From the IMG/VR virus record IMGVR_UViG_3300044615_000294, positions 27,342 through 91,341 of that record: DNA of 64,000 nt. The stretch is one strand, 5' to 3'. The DNA is from a virus. Both the position numbers and the translations under genes were made by a program. This document shows positions 58,914 through 64,000 of the stretch, piece by piece; position 1 is the first letter of the stretch; every line of letters starts with the position of its first letter. The notes beneath the pieces are model-generated. The model was not told where the DNA came from. It saw only the letters and a list, made by a program, of their open reading frames with translations, and did not search any database.

Positions 58914-61900
58914 ATCAATTTCCTCTATTATGTATCCTTGTTTAATAAGTTTATCAATTTCTTTTTTGGTAAGTTCAGATACTATACCACCTTTTGCATA
59001 ACCCATTTGATTATACTTACCAGCATTTCTATAATCTTGCATAAAATCCTCAATGGGTAAAACTTTTGTTTTTGTACCCAATTGTTGTTGAAGTTCTGCT
59101 ACTTTACTTTTTGGTACAAAAATAGAAGGTATTTCTTCAAAATTAATTTTACCAGAAATACCAACTTCATCTGATATATCTGTTCTTGGAATAGTAAATC
59201 TTTCAGCATTTCCTTTTGTAGGATTTATTCCAAACATAACAGGATAATTATCTTGAACTAAAGCTTTTTCAGCATCAGATAAATTTTGCCATTCTGTTAA
59301 TCTTTTATTTTTTAAATCATCATAAAAAGAAATATCTGGACTATAAGGTGACTCAACAAATGATTCTCTACCACCTCTTTCAAACCATTTTGCTAAATCA
59401 TCTTCTACATTAATTTTGTTTTTTCCAGATAAACCAATTGCATAATCTAATGCACCCTGATGCCCTCTTGCCATTGCAGTTGAGATATTTGCATTATTTA
59501 TACCTGCAACTCCTGCACCTAACTCACCTGTTAATGGAATTTTACCTTCTTTAATTAATTCACCAACAGGCAATAATCCTTCATTTTTAATTATACCAGG
59601 TAAAGAGGCAGATGTAGTTCCATGATAATATATAGGTATTCTAGGACTTTCTTGAAGTACAGGATATTTATTTGCCATGTTTTCTAAAAGATCAACACCC
59701 TCATCATATGTTATTGATGATCCCTTAGTTTTAAATGTTTTATAATCAGGTAAAAGTTCATCTGATATAACATATGGCGCATCTTTTGGAACACTCTCTA
59801 AAACTTTAGCTCTTAAATCAACATTATTTATTACAGGAGCTAACTCATCTGTTTTTGTTAAACTTCCAGCAACGTTATCTACAGAAGAAACTACATTAGG
59901 TTCTCTTGTGATAAATTTACCTAAATTAGATATGGCTTCTGGAGCCATAGTGATTCCTCTACCAATACCTTTTACTAAGTTAACGCCAAGTTCTGGTATT
60001 GCTTCTAAGCCAGCATATGTCAGTGGATTGAATGCCATTGCTTCTGTATCAGATACATTAGCCATTTTTTCTCCTGCAAAAACATTGGGTTGTTCTTTGT
60101 AATCTGATCCAGTTGATAATCCAGTATTCTTAGTTAAGTTAGCTATTGCTGCTCCTGGTATATCTATTGGAGCTAAAATTTCAAGAGCACTTAACTTAGA
60201 GTCTCTCATTTCTTTTTGCTCTTTTTTAGTAAGTCCTGGAATATTATATTGAAATGGTTGTCCTGGTAAAAGTGTATTACCAAGTTCTTGTACACCAGCT
60301 AATGATCTTGACCAATAACTAGGTTGTAGTTTAGAACCATATTTAGATTCTGCAACAGCATCTTTTTCTCCTGGTGTTAGTTCATCTACCCACTCACCTC
60401 TTCTTTTAGGATTCCAACCTTCTTTCTTACCAAGTTTATTTACAGCATAATTATTTGTTTTATAATTATACTCACTCATAAAGTTCTGAAGAACATCTTC
60501 TGGAAAATTCTCCATAGTAACTCCTGCAGCTTTATTTAATCCCTTATTCTTTTTTAGATATTGTCTTTTCTTTTCATCTAAGAAAATATCCATTGGATTT
60601 TTATCACGGTATTCTGCTCTGAGTTTACCAATATCTGAACCTTCTCTTCCCGTTGATACTTCAGGCTTATTTACAATTTGAGAATATACATCAGGATTTT
60701 CAGCTAAAAAGTTTGGATCAATTGGTGTATATGTAGATTCTGGAGCTTTTTCATATGAAGTTACAGTTTCATACTCTTTGTCTTTATTCTTATTTTTCCT
60801 TTTTCTTTTTTCTCCACCATTATCCCATCTAGTTAGTGAAGGTACAGAGATATCTTCTACTACATAACCTCCTTTAACATATTTTTGTATTTCATCTTCT
60901 GTAAGATCTAATTCAAAACCATATTTAGCAACTTGAACATCTTCATTGGAATTATTCTTGGCAACATTGTTCATGAAGTGTATAATGCTATCATCATCAT
61001 ATAACCTAAACATTCTGTTCCACATGTTATCCCAATTTCTTTCAGAAGACTTCATAATCTCTCTATACTTATTAAGATCTTTCTTTGTGAATTTTTTTCT
61101 TTTTGTAGAATCAAATACTCCAGCTTCTTGTAACTGTTGTCTAAGTTGAACTAAGTCAGCTCTATTTTCTTGAGGTTCCATATCATGTTGAAGATCAGAT
61201 TCAACACCTGTAACACCTGCTTGTTCTTTATTTATTCTATTAATGAACTCTTCTCTTTCCTTTGGTTTAAGAGGATTAGCTCCTGAGTCTACTCCTACAT
61301 GACCCCACTCATGTGCTGCTATCTGATCAAAACCAGGCCAGTCTCCGGGATCTGTTACATTGTAAGATATAAATTCATTTCCAGTATCTTCATTAGCACT
61401 TACCCAACTAGGACCTTCATCAATATATCTAAAGTCATTTATGTTCATGACAGAACTAATTCTATCTTTTATTTCTTCAGGTGTATATCCTTGTTTCTTT
61501 AAAAGTCTTTTATAGTTTTTAGACTGAGCATATAGCTTATTAAATTCTTGAGCTTTTCTATTTGATTCTGATACATCAAACTTCTGCTGAGAATATTGTT
61601 GATATGCGGGATCTATTTGATAGTTTCCATCTTTGTCCATATAAACAGCTGCTCTTTGACTTGGTCTTGTTTCAAATAGATTAGGAATACATTCTATACC
61701 ATTCCATTCATAACCTATAGGACATGGTTGTTGTGATCCACCAAACTGAGCCATTTTTAAATCATCCTGTAAGGCTGGAGTATATACCATATCATTTAAT
61801 AGATTTACTATGGATTTAGTTCCTTTAGTAACTCCTTTTAAATCTTCAATGTCCGGATCTAATTTACCACCAGAATCTTTTACAGCTTTAAAATAATCTT

Positions 61901-63344
61901 GTAAATCTTTTTCAGTAATAGTTTGATCTGGTCTAAATCCAGCTAATCTTCTAAGTGTCATTACTCTTGCATGGATCTCATTTGGATCTACTATGTCTTC
62001 GTAATTCTTCTTTAGATTTTTATCCCATTCTGGATTTCCTGTATTAATAGCTTTCGGCTCTACAATGTTTTGTTCCACAAGATATCCTTGTGGCTTTTCT
62101 AATGCGCTAGTAAACTTATCTCCAGCTTGAATATCATGTACTCTCTCATGATACTTTGTTGCTTGTATCTGAGCTTCTGGTAGAAACTTATTCAACATTA
62201 TTTGTCTAGTATCTACATCATAGTATCCTGCTTCATTTGGACCTAAGTTTTCATCAAAGATATATGGTACTGATGCTCTAGATCTTTCTAAAGCTTCTGG
62301 ACGAATTTTATCTAAAAGCTTTTGTCCTTCAGGCGTAGGCATTACTCTATTCTGAAACCAATTCTCATAAAATGTACTCGGGTCTTCTATTTTTACACAG
62401 CCTTGAACTGGATCATTATAGAAGCCTTCTGGGCATCCTGATTCTCCACCATCTTTTTGTTTAGGAAAAATTGATGGATTACCAGCTTCTATATATCCTT
62501 CATAGTTTCTAGCTTCACCTTCTGTTGTTGTTGGATTATTATATAAATCTTCTTCAGCTCTTGCATATGCTTCTTCTTCAGATATATCTGGATTTTCTTT
62601 TAGAATTCTATTTAGTTCTGTTTGAAATTCTGATCCTCTTCTATCATAATAGGAAGCCATTGATTCATCAGAAGCCACATATGGATTTGGTCTTAAACCA
62701 ACTGTACCATATGTACTCATTCCTCCAGCTTGATTTTGTAAATGATGCATTAACTCATGCTCATACCACCAAGGGTTATTTACATTTGTAATTGGATCAT
62801 TTGGATTTTGTTTAATAACTCCTAGTCCAGCATCATAACCTGTTTCTTCAGATGAATTTACTACTTCTGGATATACAAAGTTTTTTAATGCATCTGCATA
62901 TCTTGCAGGTAATTGATTGTAAGTTTCTCCCCCTGGTTGATAAGTATACTTGGCTTTAGGATTATAAATACCTCTTGCTCTTTTACCCTTCTTTCTTTTT
63001 TTAAATAATTTGTTTACAGCAAATAATTTATTAGTTGCAGTAATATTACTATTTTGAAATTGCCCTCCTCTTTTAGCTAATGGTGTTTCTGTAACCATAT
63101 TTCCAGGAAACTGATAATCTGCACCTGGAAACATTATTTGTGAGTTACCTAAATTATCAGTACCCATCAATGGTCCTTTTCTTAATGGTGTTCCATCTTT
63201 TTCTTTCATAGTAATATTACCTGAAGGAATAATATTGAATGGATTGTTTACATCAGGAGATGTGCTTCTATAACCATCTGTTGAAAATATTTTTTCATTT
63301 GGACCACCGGGCAAACCCTTAAGCTTTTTTAAAGACCTTTTCAT
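58911..63344 (-). CDS. Polyvalent protein: three zincin-like metallopeptidase domains plus ADP-ribosyltransferase-like domain
   Basis: HELMH (62745-62759), HERVH (62136-62150), HEWGH (61299-61313), each with a downstream Glu; YHGT (59616-59627)...IST...DEV. Confidence 0.75.
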   Translation of the reverse strand: MKRSLKKLKGLPGGPNEKIFSTDGYRSTSPDVNNPFNIIPSGNITMKEKDGTPLRKGPLMGTDNLGNSQIMFPGADYQFPGNMVTETPLAKRGGQFQNSNITATNKLFAVNKLFKKRKKGKRARGIYNPKAKYTYQPGGETYNQLPARYADALKNFVYPEVVNSSEETGYDAGLGVIKQNPNDPITNVNNPWWYEHELMHHLQNQAGGMSTYGTVGLRPNPYVASDESMASYYDRRGSEFQTELNRILKENPDISEEEAYARAEEDLYNNPTTTEGEARNYEGYIEAGNPSIFPKQKDGGESGCPEGFYNDPVQGCVKIEDPSTFYENWFQNRVMPTPEGQKLLDKIRPEALERSRASVPYIFDENLGPNEAGYYDVDTRQIMLNKFLPEAQIQATKYHERVHDIQAGDKFTSALEKPQGYLVEQNIVEPKAINTGNPEWDKNLKKNYEDIVDPNEIHARVMTLRRLAGFRPDQTITEKDLQDYFKAVKDSGGKLDPDIEDLKGVTKGTKSIVNLLNDMVYTPALQDDLKMAQFGGSQQPCPIGYEWNGIECIPNLFETRPSQRAAVYMDKDGNYQIDPAYQQYSQQKFDVSESNRKAQEFNKLYAQSKNYKRLLKKQGYTPEEIKDRISSVMNINDFRYIDEGPSWVSANEDTGNEFISYNVTDPGDWPGFDQIAAHEWGHVGVDSGANPLKPKEREEFINRINKEQAGVTGVESDLQHDMEPQENRADLVQLRQQLQEAGVFDSTKRKKFTKKDLNKYREIMKSSERNWDNMWNRMFRLYDDDSIIHFMNNVAKNNSNEDVQVAKYGFELDLTEDEIQKYVKGGYVVEDISVPSLTRWDNGGEKRKRKNKNKDKEYETVTSYEKAPESTYTPIDPNFLAENPDVYSQIVNKPEVSTGREGSDIGKLRAEYRDKNPMDIFLDEKKRQYLKKNKGLNKAAGVTMENFPEDVLQNFMSEYNYKTNNYAVNKLGKKEGWNPKRRGEWVDELTPGEKDAVAESKYGSKLQPSYWSRSLAGVQELGNTLLPGQPFQYNIPGLTKKEQKEMRDSKLSALEILAPIDIPGAAIANLTKNTGLSTGSDYKEQPNVFAGEKMANVSDTEAMAFNPLTYAGLEAIPELGVNLVKGIGRGITMAPEAISNLGKFITREPNVVSSVDNVAGSLTKTDELAPVINNVDLRAKVLESVPKDAPYVISDELLPDYKTFKTKGSSITYDEGVDLLENMANKYPVLQESPRIPIYYHGTTSASLPGIIKNEGLLPVGELIKEGKIPLTGELGAGVAGINNANISTAMARGHQGALDYAIGLSGKNKINVEDDLAKWFERGGRESFVESPYSPDISFYDDLKNKRLTEWQNLSDAEKALVQDNYPVMFGINPTKGNAERFTIPRTDISDEVGISGKINFEEIPSIFVPKSKVAELQQQLGTKTKVLPIEDFMQDYRNAGKYNQMGYAKGGIVSELTKKEIDKLIKQGYIIEEID

Positions 63345-64000
63345 TATCTAAAAGAATATTGATTTTTGGTATTAAATAGTTTTAGAATCATGTTTGTATT
63401 TCTACTGTCTTGTTTGCTAAGATTTATGAAATTAACCATGTGTCTAAACTTCTTTCTTTGCATTTGAGCTTTATCATAGTTTACTGCATTTGGGTTAATT
63501 GATTTTTTATACCCGTTAGATTCAGTAATCCATAATAACTCTTGTGGATAGTTACCAAGTAATACAGTAGTATTTGGTATAAGTTGTCCAGTAGGAGGAT
63601 ATCCAGAACCTAAAGGAAACTCTCCTCTATCTTTTGTAATATCCCAAAACTGATTTACTCTATACTTTTGTTCTTCTTTTGAAAATAATATATCAAATGA
63701 AGATAAGTTAGATTGATTAAGCCTTGGATAATCAAGTGAAAGAGTAATATTATTCTTAGGGAATATATTAAGATTTAAATACCCTGAGATTTGTTCTGAG
63801 TTATAAATTACTGCCTGATCAAAATTGTAATCTAATACATGGAATTGATCCATACAGTTTATAGTATCTCTTCTATAACACTCAAGGATATACTCAATTG
63901 ATTTTAATGTGGTAACTGTTTGACCAGTAGTAACTGGAAACTCTACTTCAAAAGGATATTGATCTCCATAGAAATTACAATAATCATTACATGAATAATA
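63344..64000 (-). CDS. 3' part of probable tail stabilization/muzzle-type protein (truncated by window edge)
   Basis: Frame is open to 64000 (YCNFYGDQYPFEVEFP...); motif and position resemble crAss-like tail proteins as I recall them. Confidence 0.55.
   Translation of the reverse strand, partial: YYSCNDYCNFYGDQYPFEVEFPVTTGQTVTTLKSIEYILECYRRDTINCMDQFHVLDYNFDQAVIYNSEQISGYLNLNIFPKNNITLSLDYPRLNQSNLSSFDILFSKEEQKYRVNQFWDITKDRGEFPLGSGYPPTGQLIPNTTVLLGNYPQELLWITESNGYKKSINPNAVNYDKAQMQRKKFRHMVNFINLSKQDSRNTNMILKLFNTKNQYSFR

Noticed and set aside
25106-63344. Many short + strand ORFs in the ORF track (e.g. 30273-30743, 47730-48095, 49151-49531)
   Set aside because: Antisense shadows of long minus-strand genes, with no recognisable motifs
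63344-63853. 169-aa ORF as a complete gene
   Set aside because: Reading frame stays open to the window edge, so it is the 3' end of a longer gene
1-64000. Stop-codon reassignment (seen in some crAss-like phages)
   Set aside because: Genes up to 3438 aa are intact under the standard code and coding density is high; TAG and TGA both end genes at sensible positions
1-64000. tRNA genes, CRISPR arrays, introns/inteins, integrase
   Set aside because: Intergenic gaps are short, with no cloverleaf or repeat-spacer pattern noticed; PolB, DnaB and primase are of uninterrupted length

Overview
AT-rich fragment of a dsDNA phage genome, most likely a crAss-like (Crassvirales-type) phage of a Bacteroidota host. 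The host call rests on A-rich SD-less start regions, a TTTG-N21-TAnnTTTG promoter and a Bacteroidota-type ClpS. Standard genetic code; no tRNA, CRISPR array or integrase seen. Positions 1-25.1 kb are mostly + strand replication, repair and auxiliary genes: SF2 helicase, ClpS, RlpA-like, spore photoproduct lyase, UDG, DnaB, Sak4-like ATPase, SSB-like, primase, MoxR/vWA, exonuclease, PolB with a C-terminal clamp-binding motif, and a MazG-like protein. A bidirectional terminator at ~25.09 kb separates this block from a - strand virion block. That block holds three giant probable ejected proteins (2231, 3438 = virion RNA polymerase with DFDVD, and 2075 aa), several probable cargo proteins and the 3' end of a probable tail protein. 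Most notable: (1) three adjacent proteins are punctuated by about 20 hydrophobic-x-x-Gly-Gly motifs; in the 1477-aa one these fall between domains (3 zincins, an ADP-ribosyltransferase-like domain), suggesting GG-processed polyproteins; (2) the three giant proteins have only 4 Cys in 7,744 aa, all at the termini facing each other, suggesting a head-to-tail linked chain; (3) NADAR and macro-like cassettes are appended to the virion RNAP, and cassettes in two giant genes are bounded by short in-frame DNA direct repeats. All family assignments come from motif recognition by eye, not database searches.
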